A stretch of 64,000 nucleotides of DNA from assembly GCA_043228905.1 (NCBI GenBank), contig JBHGNT010000018.1, positions 15,066,001 through 15,130,000 on the forward strand. The letters are read 5' to 3'. Made by a program: the position numbers and the translations under genes. The notes beneath the pieces were generated by a model. That model was not told the origin of the DNA. It did no database searches and worked only from the letters and a program-made list of their open reading frames with translations. Below, one piece after another: positions 38,030 through 51,050 of the stretch. Position 1 is the first letter of the stretch. Every line of letters begins with the position of its first letter. This DNA comes from Azolla caroliniana. Its lineage: Eukaryota; Plantae; Polypodiophyta.

Positions 38030-38910
38030 TGACTTTGTAATGTTTCTTTTGTTTATGTTTATTTCTTTCAAATGGTGATCGATTGATGTTCGTTCGAGTG
38101 TTGATCCAAAAGGTCGTCAACAAAGGAACTTTGGTATTTCCTTTTTTTAACAATAATAATTTTTTTTATTCTATTCTTTCTTCTCCCATTCTCGATCATG
38201 TTTAAATCGATATATTGAAATGTAAATAATTCAATTATGTTGATTGGTCATGTGTTGTGCGTATAAAGTGTACACACCTTATGTGTTTGTATGAGGTTTA
38301 TACCTTATTGCATATTGTATATGTTATTATGTTTGATATGAGGTCAGTACCTCAATTGTATTGTTTTGATATGTGATGTGTGTCATATGCATAAGAGGTT
38401 ATTACTTCGATTACATCATTAACAATTCTTATCTATCTATCTATCTATATGATCACATGTATACGTATGTGATTGTATAGATGTCATAAACATGTAATGT
38501 ATATGTTAAGAATTTGTTATGTATGATATTGGTATGCCGGATGATGTTCTTTTTGGGGTTAGGATCTTGGTGGCCATCTTCACATTTTTGAAGGGAAAGC
38601 GTAGTCACCATCCTTTTTAACAAATTTTTTATTATTCCCCTTGGTCACTCCGATTGTGCCATACATAATGATTAAACAAGCATAGCCACAATGATTTGTG
38701 TGGGTGAGGGGCTTGATCCACTTCGTGCGAGGTCGCCCTTATGAAACCCACATCCAATATCCCGCCCTCGTTACATGATTATGAGGCCACCATGAGACCA
38801 TCATTACAAAAGGCATTCATAATGATGTAACCATACGATGGGCCATGTGGGCCTACTATGAAAAAGAGGGCTAGTGTTGGCTTGCCCATTAGGTTGTTGC
38901 TTATTGCATG

Positions 38911-41900
38911 TGTTGAGATATCAAGCTCAACTAAGCTTAGACATTTAGTTCACCACGTAACTTAGTAGTTAACTAAATAGAATTTAGCTAGAAGTGTTGA
39001 CTTAAAGCCTTAAATAGGATTCTGTATTTAAATGGGATACATTCTAGATCCTCCACTCCCAAGTACATTTAATATAGGACTTACACCTTTGTACCTTTAT
39101 TCTCCTCACACATGTGCACCCTTGCACATGAGATCTATATATACCTCATTTTGGGTATTTTTGTAACTTGATGATGCTTATTAATATAGAGAAAGGTCTT
39201 TAGCTACACTCTTGTTAATCATCCCCCATTTATTGTTCATAAGTGTAACTTCCTCTCTCTCTTCCTCTCACACACATTTCACGTAATCTTCCGTTGCTTA
39301 ATCACATACGTGATTAACTTCTAACATAATTAGATACTAATTAAGCCTTAGTTAATAACCTAATTATTATCATGGTATCAAAGCGTGTGGTTTAGAATAT
39401 CCATTAAGCCCACCCGACTGTTCGTGATTGTGTGATCGAGACACCGATGATAAATCTGACTATTTGCTACCGTAGTGCCGCTATGTATCACATGTACATG
39501 ACCAAAGGAAGAAAAGCCAAAAAGGAAGAAACTACATCAACATGAATGCACAAATGGGTAACTCGCTCCCTAGTGAAAAACTAAACAAGAGAAAATTTTC
39601 ATTTTGGGAATACAAGATGAACCAATACCTGATCGACCAAGGGTATTGGAGCTACATCAATGGTGCACTCGAAAACAAACCCGGCATTACAAACACCAAC
39701 TACTCAACATGGGAGCAAGGACCAAGTCGGGTAATGTATTGCTTGGCAACATGTGTCCACAATCACATGCTTAGCCACATTTGACGCCAAGACGCCTAAA
39801 GAAGTGTGGGAGAACTTGAAGAAAATTTTCGCCGCCAACATGCCCGCCCGCAAGCTTCAACTCTGGCAAGAGTTGAACAACATTAAAAAAAAAGATATGT
39901 CCGTGTCGGACTACACCACCAAGATCAAGAGCATTTGCGACTCACTTAGCTCCATCAACATAAACATTGAAGAGGACGAAATGGTGCAAGTGTGCTTGGG
40001 CGGCCTTGCACAATGGTTCGACCCGATAACGAAGACTATCTTAGCGAGAGAAAACCCTCCTTTGTTCTTCGACCTTCAAGAGACCAAGATGTTGGAAGGA
40101 AAAATGTTCTTCTGGAATTCGGATGGTGCCCAAGGACGAGGTCGAGGCGGTGGAAGAGGTCGATTCGGCCCATCTCACGAAGGGAACTCAAACCTTCCAT
40201 AAGAAGACGGAAGCCATTGAGGAACCTTCGGAAGAAGGGAGAGCTTCCATGCCGAACGAGGTCGGCAAACGTGGCCCATTACTAACAATCGGCAATGAAC
40301 TGAACTGTTTAGAGATGTTGAAACCTGAACCGAACCAAACTGAACCACGAAACCGTTAAACCAAACCATTACTTTTTTTTTTTTCAAACCGTTAAGCCAT
40401 TAAATCGGTAAAACCGTGGTTTCGTGGTTTAGTTTCGGTTTTCAGCTTACGTTTTAAATTTTAAATTTTTAAAAATTTCATTATTTAAAATTTATAAATT
40501 TTCCCAAAGTGTGAGAATAAGGCATGAAAATGAAAGGATTATTTAAAAACAAATTTTAAATTTTAAATTTTTTTTTTGAATTTTAAAAATAAAATATAAT
40601 AAAAAAACCATTAAACAGTTTAAACCACGGTTTTTAACTGTTGAAACCAAACCAAACCGAACCGAACCGTTTAGACCGTTAAACCATGGTTTCGCGGTTC
40701 GGGTTGCCGATTGTTACCTATTACTTGCAACTTTTGTGGGAAGGTCAGCCATCGCGAAGAGGAGTGCCGAAAGAGATGAAGAGAGTCAGCTTCCACAAGC
40801 TGACAACTCACAAACTATGCCACCAATTCCGAATATGACAACTATAGTGGACTATTCGTAATGAAACATAGAGTGAACTCTATGTCAGCCTCCGACTCCA
40901 CAAGCACCTCCAACTCGGAAGACGTGTCGTTCGTCAACTTTAGTGCCTCACATCATATGACGTCACACCAAGAGTGGTTTCGTGACTTAAGAATGCCGGA
41001 TTGACCCGACTACATAGAGACGAAAGACGACACCACACATCCCATTCGGCACATCGGCAACATCCATTCGGCAAAAAGACAAAAACAATTGCATCAAGAA
41101 TGGCTTGCACGTGCCCACAATAACAAAGAATTTGGTCTCAGTAGGCCAAATCGTGGAGCAAGGAATGCAAGTTCGTTTCAACAACGAAGGATGCTTTATA
41201 GAAAAAGATGGTCGACTCATAGCTAGGGGATAGAGAGACGACTGAATTTTCATTCTTGATTCGAATGAGGTAAAATCGGCCATGTATGCCAAAGGTCTCA
41301 AAACTGAGACGAACATCGAGTTGTGGCACAAGAGAATTAGACACATCAACCACCAACAGCTCCGAGCTATGCAATCAAAGGGAGTCATCATCGGACTTCT
41401 GACCTTTGAGTAGAAACGAGTCGACTGATTGTGTGGAGCATGTCAACTCGACAAACAACATCGACTCCCATTTCCAAAGGAGAGCTATGTAAGCAAATGC
41501 CTCCTTGACGTCATCCACTTGGATGTATGGGGACCGGCCCAAACGCCGACGATCAGAGGATGCCGATACTACGTCAACTTCATCGATGACTACTCCTGCT
41601 ACACGTGGATCTTCCCGATGAAGAATAAGAGTGAAGTGCTCTCGCACTTTCAAAAGCTCTAGAGCCAAGTCGAAAAAGAAACTGGTTGGCACATTCGATG
41701 CCTACGATCGGATGGAGGCAAGAGTACTTTTCTGACGAATTCATCTCTTACCTCCAAGGTGAAGGCATCCAGAGAGAATTCTCATGTTGGCACACCCCAA
41801 CAAAATGGAGTAGCCGAAAGAAAGAATCAACACATACTCGAGGTAGCACACGCCATGATGCATGAGAAGCACATGCTGGATTTCTATTGGGCCGAAGCGT

Positions 41901-43075
41901 CATCCACAACTGTCTATCTCATGAATCAATGCACCACTAATGGAGTGCATGAGCTAACTCCATATGAGGTCTTTGTCGGAAGGAAGTCGATCCTTTTGCA
42001 CCTCAAAGTGTTCGGAAGCATTGCAAATGTACGCATCTTGAATGAACAACGATAGAAGCTCGACGCGAAGTCGGCGAAATGTATTGACATAGGATACTCG
42101 TCTGAGCAAAAGGGATACAAGTGCTTCAACCCTTCGACCCGAGCGGTTTGGGTAAGTCAGGATGTAGTTTTCAACGAATTGGCATCATGGTATGAGCCCG
42201 ATTCGGCTCCATCTGACCTGACCGAGGAAGAGTTGAACGTCAACTCGAATGATGATATTCGACAAAGTCCTACCAAAGGACAATCCAAGCTCTACCAAGC
42301 TAAGTAGACCACACGAGTCTCCAAGCATTCCAAGCATGTCTCGACCAAGCACGGGACCAGACAAAGGCAAAGGTAAGATGTTCGAATACGAAGTTGACCA
42401 CCTCGACGACAGGGATTTGGATGTGTCAGCTCACTCACTAGACAACGAGTTTGGTGTACCCATCATGCGGACACTCGGTGTAAAGAAGGAGCTCACGTTG
42501 GCAAATGAAAAACTTCGACGCTCATCTAGAGAGAAGAACCTGGTCACTCGGTTCGGCTACAACGAGTATATGGCCCATCACTATGCCTTCGTGATGAAGG
42601 GGGCGGCCGAACGAGAGCCTGAAAGCTTTACGAAAGCGGCTCGTGAACACCAAGGGATGGAAACCATGGTTGACGAGATGCAAGCACTCGGCCTTCGACC
42701 ATTTGATACTACAAGCCTTCATCTTAGGCTTGAGGGGGAGGAAATGCTAACACTGAAAGCTGAATAGAAGCTGTCATCGAAAGCTTGACAACGCAGAAAG
42801 CAAAATAGGATGTTAGACGTCGCATACTTGAGCTTGAGGGGGCGTGTTGAGATCAAGCTCAACTAAGCTAGACATTTAGTTAACCACGTAACTAGTTACC
42901 TAGATAGAATCGGATTCTGTACTTATATACATTCTAGATCCTCCACTCCCAAGTACATTTAATATAGGATTTACACCGTTATACCTATATTCTCCTCACA
43001 CATGTGCACCCTTGCACATGAGATCTATATATACCTCATTGTAGGTATTTTTGTAACTTGATGATGCTTATTAAT
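38911..43075 (+). mobile_element. Degenerate Ty1/Copia element (RT/RNase H mostly deleted; 3' LTR truncated)
   Basis: 5' LTR 38911-~39372, PBS TGGTATCAAAGC at 39373, gag (39542-40200), integrase (IHLDVWGP, NGVAERKN; about 41400-42100), PPT CTTGAGGGGGCG at 42833-42844, and a 3' LTR at 42845-43075 matching the 5' LTR start. Many stops and frameshifts. Confidence 0.9.
40283..40716. mobile_element. hAT-type MITE (434 bp) inserted in Copia gag
   Basis: 13-bp TIR TAACAATCGGCAA/TTGCCGATTGTTA. 8-bp TSD CCCATTAC (40275-40282) vs CCTATTAC (40717-40724). Subterminal AAACCG/GAACCG repeats and an AT-rich core. Confidence 0.88.
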
Positions 43076-43320
43076 GTTAGGAAACAGGTCCCTCTGGATG
43101 GGATTGGAGTACCCGGCAACGGAAAACCCGGTAAGAACCGGATGAGGAGTACCCAGCAACGGAAGACCCGGTGAGAACCGGATGACGAGTACCCGGCAAG
43201 CGCCGGATGATGCAGGCCCGGTGAGGAGTGCTCACCGGATGAAGGTGTTGGGAGACAGGTCCCTCCGGATGGGAAGGGAGAAGAATAGTGCCGACGAACA
43301 AACTCGGCCGAGGGATGCTA
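43075..43320 (+). repeat. GC-rich TG-initiated fragment with ~39-bp internal repeats (probable truncated LTR)
   Basis: GAGTACCC(G/A)GCAA occurs three times and TGTT(A/G)GGA(A/G)ACAGGTCCCTC twice. It abuts both the Copia 3' LTR and the LINE. Confidence 0.5.
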
Positions 43321-46300
43321 CCGCCCCATACTTCCACCCCATAGAGAAGAACCGGTGTCACCAAAGTGTCAAAAAGATATTTCTTGAGGACCCAACACTT
43401 AATATCTCCAAGATTGCATGTGTTCTCAAATGCATAGTATGCTCGCTTACCCGCCTCTAAGCGGCGTGTAACACATTCATTCCATCTATGATTTGAAGGA
43501 ACTTCAAGGCCAAGATATTTGAAGCTTTCCACACATTCAAGTGGCTCATTGTTGTACATAATGCATGGTTTATCTCTTTTTTGGCTCTTTACAAGCATAA
43601 TCTTTGTTTTAGAGCTATTGACACTCAATTTAGTATGCATGCAAAATTTTTCCAATGCCTTCATAAGCTTTTGTGCATCTCCTAAAGTATTTGCAAAAAG
43701 CACTACATCATCTGCATATAGCAAAAGCATAATCACAACATTCCCAATGGCAACTTCTTCAACACATTCTTTCTTTGCAAACTTGGTAACCATTTCTTCC
43801 AATTCATCAATACAAAGACCAAATAGTGTTGGTGAGAGTGGGCATCCTTGCTTAACACCAATAGTGCTTTTGAAAAAATCTGAAAGTTTATCTCTCATGT
43901 GAACACAAGATATAACCTTCTCATAAATTTGGGAAATTGCAAGCATATATTCACTTGGCACCTCAAGTTCTTCCATTCGCCTCCAAAGATGCTCGCGAGG
44001 TACCATATCAAAAGCTTTCTTGAAGTCTACAAAGCAACAATATAAACCTTTACCTCTAAGGCGACTTTCCTCCATTAATACTCGAAGGGTGATAAGGTGA
44101 TCAATGGTGCTATGGTGTTTCCGAAAGCCAGCTTGTCCATAAGCTCTCTTACCACTTTTTTTAGCCCATACACTTATCTTTGATTCCATTATACATCCAA
44201 ATAGTTTTGCCATTAATGAGCCAACCATGATGGTTCGATAATTGTTTACATTATTTATATCTCCACCTTTATGTAAAGGTTTGATCCAATTTGTAGTCCA
44301 ATCGTACGGCATATCATGTTGCAATGCATCATTAAACATATCGTTTATCCATATATGTGCTTCCTTTCCCGTCTATTTGAGCATTTCAGCCTTTATACAT
44401 TGAAGATTGCTTGCCTTTCGAGAGGCCAATTTCTTAAGTCCTATGCATATATCTTCAATTGTAAAGAAGGGAGGCATATGTGCAAGAGAACCATAACACA
44501 TCATCTTTCTGGCAAGAGATAACTCATATAAATTCTTACAATGCATAGACAAGTCGTGAAGAGTTAAGTCACCATAACTCTCAACACGTTTCCCCTTTAG
44601 ATTTCCCCAAAATTTAGCACATGCATGTGCTTTCTCTTGCGTTTGGATAAATTGTTGAGTAACTTCCCATATTCTTCTCTTTCTTTGAATAAGCCTTTTA
44701 TACTCATGCAAATGCTTTTGGTAATTCTCTTTATCCTTAATTACATCCAAAGCCATAAGACACTTTCGAGCTTCACGACATTCTTTATCAAACCATTTTT
44801 TCCTAAGTTTCTTGGTGCATTTCCAAGATGTGCAGTTGGTCGAAAAACATTTGTTTGTACAAGAGAGAATTACTTTCTTGAAAGCTTCCCATTTGCATTC
44901 TAGTGTGGCACCATGTTGTATCTTTGTCATTTGTAACATATCCTCAACCATCTTTGAATACATGGGTGCTTGCGTAATGTTCATGCTCAAGTGCGGTTGT
45001 TTATTATCTTCAATAGTCTTCTCACAATCAAACCTATGTATACATTTGAAATCAATACATAAAGGCCTATGATCGGATTCTGGTGTCCATTCACCAAGTG
45101 AGAATTTATGTATACGATCCAAAATACCTTCGGAAAGTAGCACATAGTCAATCACACTATTTCCGTTGTGTTTTCTACATGTAAAACCATTAGTGTTGGG
45201 CCATAAGGAAATACCATTTGCAATAAGAAATCCGGTACTATTGCACATTTGTAGGAGTAACTTCCCAAATTGGTCTGGATCTTTTTCATCGCTAGAAGAG
45301 CGGCTATACATTTGCATATCCTCTTGCATCCTTGAGATATGTGGCATGAAAGATTCTTGTGAATCAAGTTGGAAACTTCTTGTAGGAGCATTCATGTCAC
45401 CAAAGACAATAACTTCCCCTTTGGATTTGAAATAAGCAATATCATCTTCTAGATCGACAAACGGTTGATCTTTATCCAAACAAGCATAAAAGTTAGAATC
45501 TTGATGAGGAATGTAACATCCAACTACAAAAGTGGGCAAATCATTAGGTGTTTCTATTTTGAGCCATATGTAGCATTTATTTTCATCATTTTTTATGATT
45601 GACACTTATCTATTTCCTTCTTAATCAAACATGCCACCCCTCCTTGTCCTCTTCTTTGTCTTGGAATTTTCTTCTATATCAAAGAGTGTACATTATAGTT
45701 TCCTAAACCTTGAATCCTTTGAGTATCATGCTCCCATGTTTCAACAAGAAGTGTGATATCCGAGTCATCAGTGAACTCCTCTATGCCAAATCCCGCATTC
45801 CATGGGTATCCATTGCAATTCCAAAAGCATAGTCGTAAAAGGCGTGGGTTAGTCTCATAGATCATGTGTCCCTATTTGCTTACATTTCCATCTTTAGTCA
45901 CATCCTTAACCTTATTTTTCAATCTTTCTTCATATGCTTTACGGCGAGCATTTTGTTGTGAGATAGTACGATCTTCACTCACAAAGCATTGTGTACCTTT
46001 GAGGTATACCCAACTATTTTCGAGTATGATCCGCCGCTTTGTATCATCTGTCATTGTGCATGCAATAGGCCTTTCTCCGGAGCGAGTAACACCATGTTTC
46101 CCAACTCGGTGTGCCCCATATACATTCACATCTGACATCCCATAATGCATGCTAAAAAATTCACCAATGGCCTTTCCAAGGGATGCGGGTGTTTCCATAC
46201 TCTCTTCTTTAATTCCACGGACAACAATGTTCTTTGATCGTCCACGTTCTTTCAATTCTCGGACATCTATGCTTTCTATATTCTTCTCTTGATGCATCAC

Positions 46301-46600
46301 ATGCATATTACATGAGTTTGATAGCACATCCCCACCACATACATCGGTCCATGACTTCGTTGTACATACATTTTTCATCTCACTTACATCTCGTCTCATC
46401 GTGTCCAATTTTTCTTCTTTTAATGCTTCCTTTAACTCAATCTTGTTAAGGCGCTCATTTGTTTCAAAAGAAGCTCTGTTACATTCTTTAATCTCTTCTT
46501 GAAGTTTTGCAACCACTTGTTTAAGACTTTCATTCTCAATGACAACACTTTGGAGCTTAGCATGAGAGAGAGAGAGAGAGAGAGAAAGAAAGAAAGAAAG
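43320..46600 (-). mobile_element. RTE/RTEX-like LINE with ORF1 and frameshifted EN-RT ORF2, 3'-truncated
   Basis: ORF1 45872-46516 (SKNIVVRGIKEE, AHRVG). APE endonuclease: CFWNCNG, LVETW, FGDMNA, IDYVL, SDHRP. RT: QAGFR, FVDFKKAFD, GVKQGCPLSP, LYADD, FKYLG. A (TC)n tract lies at the 5' end. Confidence 0.9.
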
Positions 46601-47642
46601 ATATCTTAACGTCTTCTAAGGCCAAAATTGGCCCATGAGACAGTTGGTTTACTTGTTGGGCTAAAAGTCCTACTCTACCCAATTATATCCTAGTGTGAAC
46701 GCATTATCACAATTAGGGCTACAAGTGAGTGGCCATCGTCAGGGTGTTCGACTTCGGAGCTACATTTGCTAGTCGAAATTGGATTGGGAAGCGTTGTTGA
46801 CTGGGCTTCCAATTCGGGGTGAGGTTGCTCAGTGAGAGCAGAGTCTATCACGCTCTCGTCTGGTTCATCACGATGGTACCTCTATACCAGACTTAAATAG
46901 AAAGAACACTTGAGTTGCCCACAAGAAAGTATATTTGAGTATGTTGAGAATCGAACTCAACTTCCCATAGAAATAGGTTTCACACTAGCTCATGGACATA
47001 CCAGGCTAGTTTTGTAAATAGTAGAAAGGGCCCTTGCCCTAGTTTAGTTGGTATTTAAACCAACCTTTTGTAACTTTGTTACTGTTGGAAGTAATACATA
47101 GTTTTCTCATCTTAAGACTGTGTGTGTATGTGTGTGTGTTTCTCATAAGTGCTCTCTCTCTCTCTCTTACACACACACACAAACAAAGTCCTACCGCTAC
47201 ATACAATCACTCTCCTTTCTTTACATGGTATCAGAGCGTGTGGTTTTCAGATCAAGACTAATCGATTGTGGTGTTCTACATACCGATGATCAACAGAACC
47301 GGTTCAAGAAACAAAGAAGAAATCATTATGAATACTCAGACGGGAAGCGCTCTTCCAATAGAGAAGCTAGATAGGACAAACTTCGCATCTTGGGAGTACA
47401 AGATGCATCAGTACCTTGTCAGACAAGGATACTGGAGCTATATTGAAGGAGTTCATGAAACGCAACCCAACCCAACACACGCCGACTATCCCGTTTGGGA
47501 GTAGGCCGCAAGCCGTTGTCGTGATGTGGCATGTCTAGTGCGAGAAAAGGTCAAAAATTGAGGATCCACACACATTTCACGAATACTTGTAAGAATGAAA
47601 ATAAATAAACCTAGGTCACAATGGCATTGAGTGCATGTAGAG

Positions 47643-47712
47643 GGTTGCAAGTAGGATTTGAACCTTGCACCTCTAAGATAAGAGGCAATTACCTTACCAC
47701 TAAAGCTACTAC
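47643..47712 (-). promoter_or_regulatory. tRNA-derived A/B-box module in LTR-A
   Basis: Minus strand TAGCTTTAGTGG (47697-47708) and GGTTCAAATCC (47654-47664). Confidence 0.7.
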
Positions 47713-48651
47713 TAAGTGCTTTAGATGTTCTATATTTCTTTCTCATATTCAGTATTCCATAGGAAACAAACGTACAAAACCATGTACACAAAACCACGGT
47801 TTTAAGCCCATGGTTTTCTACATGTCACAAAGCAAAACTGTGTGCACAGAAACCATGGCTCCAAGCCCATGGTTTTGTGCATGGACAAACCTATAAAACC
47901 CCTAGTACGGCTTGTGTAAAGGGGGGGGCTCAATATGATATGACCATCATCATCACCATCAATAATATAAGCTTCTATTTCTTCTTCTTCGCATCTATCT
48001 TGTAATTATTTATCTACTTCTGAAAGTGTACAATCTTCAATCTTCTCAAGTGTAATAGGTCTTCCTCCAATCTTACATTCACATCGTCCTCTTCTCAATA
48101 CCTTGACGGACATCCTCCTTGGTCCAAGACCCCGGTGGTCTCGCTCAAGCGAAGCACGCTCGCACGCGCATCTTCGCGACATTTTTGGTAACTTAATTAT
48201 GTCGTGAAGATCCGTCACTACGCGCGGATCGTGAGGCGGAACCGCCGGGGTTCTGGACCAGAAGGATTTAGAGTCGATACAAGCTTTGGCGAGAAAGTAC
48301 TTAAGATAGATTGGGAAAGAGAGAAGTTGAGATTAAATGATTGAGAAAGATTGATTGAACTTTTTATCTTTGGATTTAAGAAACAAGTTACACCATCAAT
48401 TTGATAACGAATTTCTTCTTCTTAATTTCATAATAAAAAAAAACCGTGTTTTTTCTCCTCCCCCTTCCCTCTTTTATAGATGCTCTCATGCATATGATGT
48501 ATGTGAGGGTACAAGACATGCATAAATTGCATGTTTTCCATTTGACGCTTATGTATTACATGTGGTGCATGATAACCATGTCACTCATTTTAGTTCTCAT
48601 GTATGAGAATTTACATGTAAAAGTACAATGATAGAAATATAATTTCAACTA

Positions 48652-48722
48652 AATAGCATGGCTTAATGGTAAGCCAATTGACTCTTAACTTGGAGGTGCA
48701 AGGTTCGAATCCTTACTTGTCC
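48652..48722 (+). promoter_or_regulatory. tRNA(Lys-CTT)-like A/B-box module in LTR-B (second copy about 53362-53432)
   Basis: TGGCTTAATGG (48659-48669), CT-CTT-AA loop (48682-48688) and a consensus B box GGTTCGAATCC (48702-48712). Confidence 0.75.
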
Positions 48723-49316
48723 TCCTTGTATATGTAAATATGTATGTATATTTATATATTTATTTATCTAGTCGCCGGACGCCGGTTCGCCGGATGCCGT
48801 CGGTAACCGGTGCGTCGCCGCATACCGTTGTCGGATGCCGTCGGATCACCGGCTCCATCGCCGGTCCGGTTTTGGTTGGCCAAAACCCTTTACGAGTAGC
48901 TAGCCCACCTCCACTCTTAGTTCAAGTTACCTTGAACTCTCTATGCTCCACACATAGACACAAAGATAATATCTTTTGCTCCACGTTATATATGATGAGA
49001 GCTGTATTTGTCGTGCCTATGTGGGATATCTCACAATTTTCTCCTTTCCTTTTAAAAACTTTATACCCTCATATCTTGACATTTAGTTGTCCGTTTCTCG
49101 TGTAATAAAGTGCATTCGAAACCTCCATCATTTTGTACTTAGATATTAAATTTATTTAAAATGTTATCTTCACAATTATTGTATTATATGATTCATACTC
49201 GATTTCGTACGTTTTATGGGATTTTCACACTATTGCCGAAAATCTTCACGACATCCACCCCCACCAAACCGCACGTCCTCCGGTACGTGCCAAGAAGAGA
49301 GAAAGTGATATTTTGG

Positions 49317-50729
49317 CTACGATGACCAATTAGATTCCTCCATGTTTTCATTTACATCCGCCCTATTATGTTCATCGTCGAGGTAATCGAGGTCAGGATC
49401 CTTGTCTTGTCTTTTCTTGAAAATCTTTACTCTTTTTCCCGCAATGGGTATGGCCAACCTTGATCCGTCTAGTTCCGCAAGGTGGTATGTGGCATTATCG
49501 TTGGCACTTGTCACCACATACGGCCCGAACCATCTTCTTGCGAATTTCCTTGTTGTACTGTGTTGATTGTAAAGGGTGCTATCGTAAACCAAAACCCAAT
49601 CCCCTTCTTCAATCTTCTTGGGACGAAGTCGATGCGTGTTGTCGAACCGAACCTTGTTCTTTACTCGGGCTGCCTTTATCATCTTTCACGCTTTTTCTAA
49701 ATCTTCAGGTCTTCTTTGAAGTTGCCTTATCCGCGCCGCTAATAACTCTTCTCGGCTCATTTCGTTCTCCCACGGTATTGCTACCCATGAGGTGATCGTC
49801 CTTTCGATGGGCATAATCGGCTTTTGTCCATACATAAGCTCCGTCGGTATATACCCTGTCACCGAGCTATGTGTCGTTCTATCGGCCCACAAGGCATAGG
49901 GTAATAGTCGTGGCCAATTCCCGACTCGACCGTTGCATGCCCGTACGATGGCTTTAATGATAGGTCCATGCCCTCGCTCGATCTTCCCATTTGCTTCCGG
50001 ATTGTAGGCAGTCGTGAGGGAGAGCATCACGCCTAGTCTTTCGAAGAGCTTCGTCGCTTCGTGCGCATCCGACTCCCCTCGGTCGGCCACTATCTTCCCT
50101 ACACATCTATATCGGCAAACAACATCTTCAAGTAGAAATTTGCAAACGGCTGAAGTCGTCTTATTTGTCAAGGCTCGTCCTTCCACTTGATTTGTCAAGT
50201 CTTCCCTTGCCAGCGCTAAGTACTTCATTTGTCCCACTCCCATTGGCATCGAGACCAGATCCACCATCCATTTGAAGTGTATGGTGAGTGGGTATGTCAG
50301 CTTTAACTCATCACGATGACGTATATTTGAATATACTTGGCAAGTTTCGCATGTGGACACAAAATGGAGTACATCTTTGTACATGCTTGGCCACCAATAC
50401 TTCTCCTTCAACTTTTCGAACGTCGCCCATGTTCCTCTATGACCTGCCCAAGCACTCTCGTGGAATTCGTTCATCAGCGTCTCTTGCTCTTCTTTCTTTA
50501 CCACCACTCGACGTGGTATTCCTGTCCTTCTTTTTGGATGTCGCCAAAGGAATCCTCCCTTCAAGAAGTATCGGTAAGCTTTCTTTCGGATTCGTAGGGC
50601 CTCCTCCTTTGTCAATGAAGCATCTGTCGTCAATGTTCTTAGGAATCTACCGATGAGTAACCACTCCCCTTCGTACTCATTCTCGTTGAAGGCGTGGAGG
50701 GTTTGCGTGTCCTGGTCTTCCTCCGACAA
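49317..50729 (-). pseudogene. Gypsy integrase with intact HHCC and DDE motifs and one in-frame stop near 49686
   Basis: FH...GHRG...CETC; WMVDL, VADRG, NGKIERGH; WFGPY motif in the in-frame downstream ORF 49317-49682. Confidence 0.88.
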
Positions 50730-50807
50730 TCAAGCCATCTTGAAGAAGTCGGGGGTGACATCTTCATCTTCCAAAACCATGTTACTTCCATTTGAAAATC
50801 TTGCCCT

Positions 50808-51050
50808 TTACAGCATGTCAGCCATGGCGTTCTTCTTCCTTGCAATGTGACGGATCTCTGGGTTTAAAGACTTGATGTAGGCGATCCACCTTAGCATAGC
50901 AAGATCTGGGGTTGCACATCCCGAGACCATTCCGAGAATTGGGAGACAATCTGTCTCTATTATCACTTCTGACCCGATCAGGTAATCTTTGTCCGTCTTC
51001 ACTACTGACACAATACCCCAAAGTTCCCGCTTGACTTGGGCATATCTTCG
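50808..51050 (-). pseudogene. Gypsy RNase H C-terminal part; PR and RT deleted upstream
   Basis: RYAQVKRELWG...IETDCLP...RWIAYI...NAMADML. It is joined directly to gag-derived sequence at about 51050. Confidence 0.8.

Noticed and set aside
48652-48722. Functional tRNA-Lys(CTT) gene
   Set aside because: The acceptor and anticodon stems do not pair, and the sequence is embedded in LTRs. Treated as a tRNA-derived promoter module.
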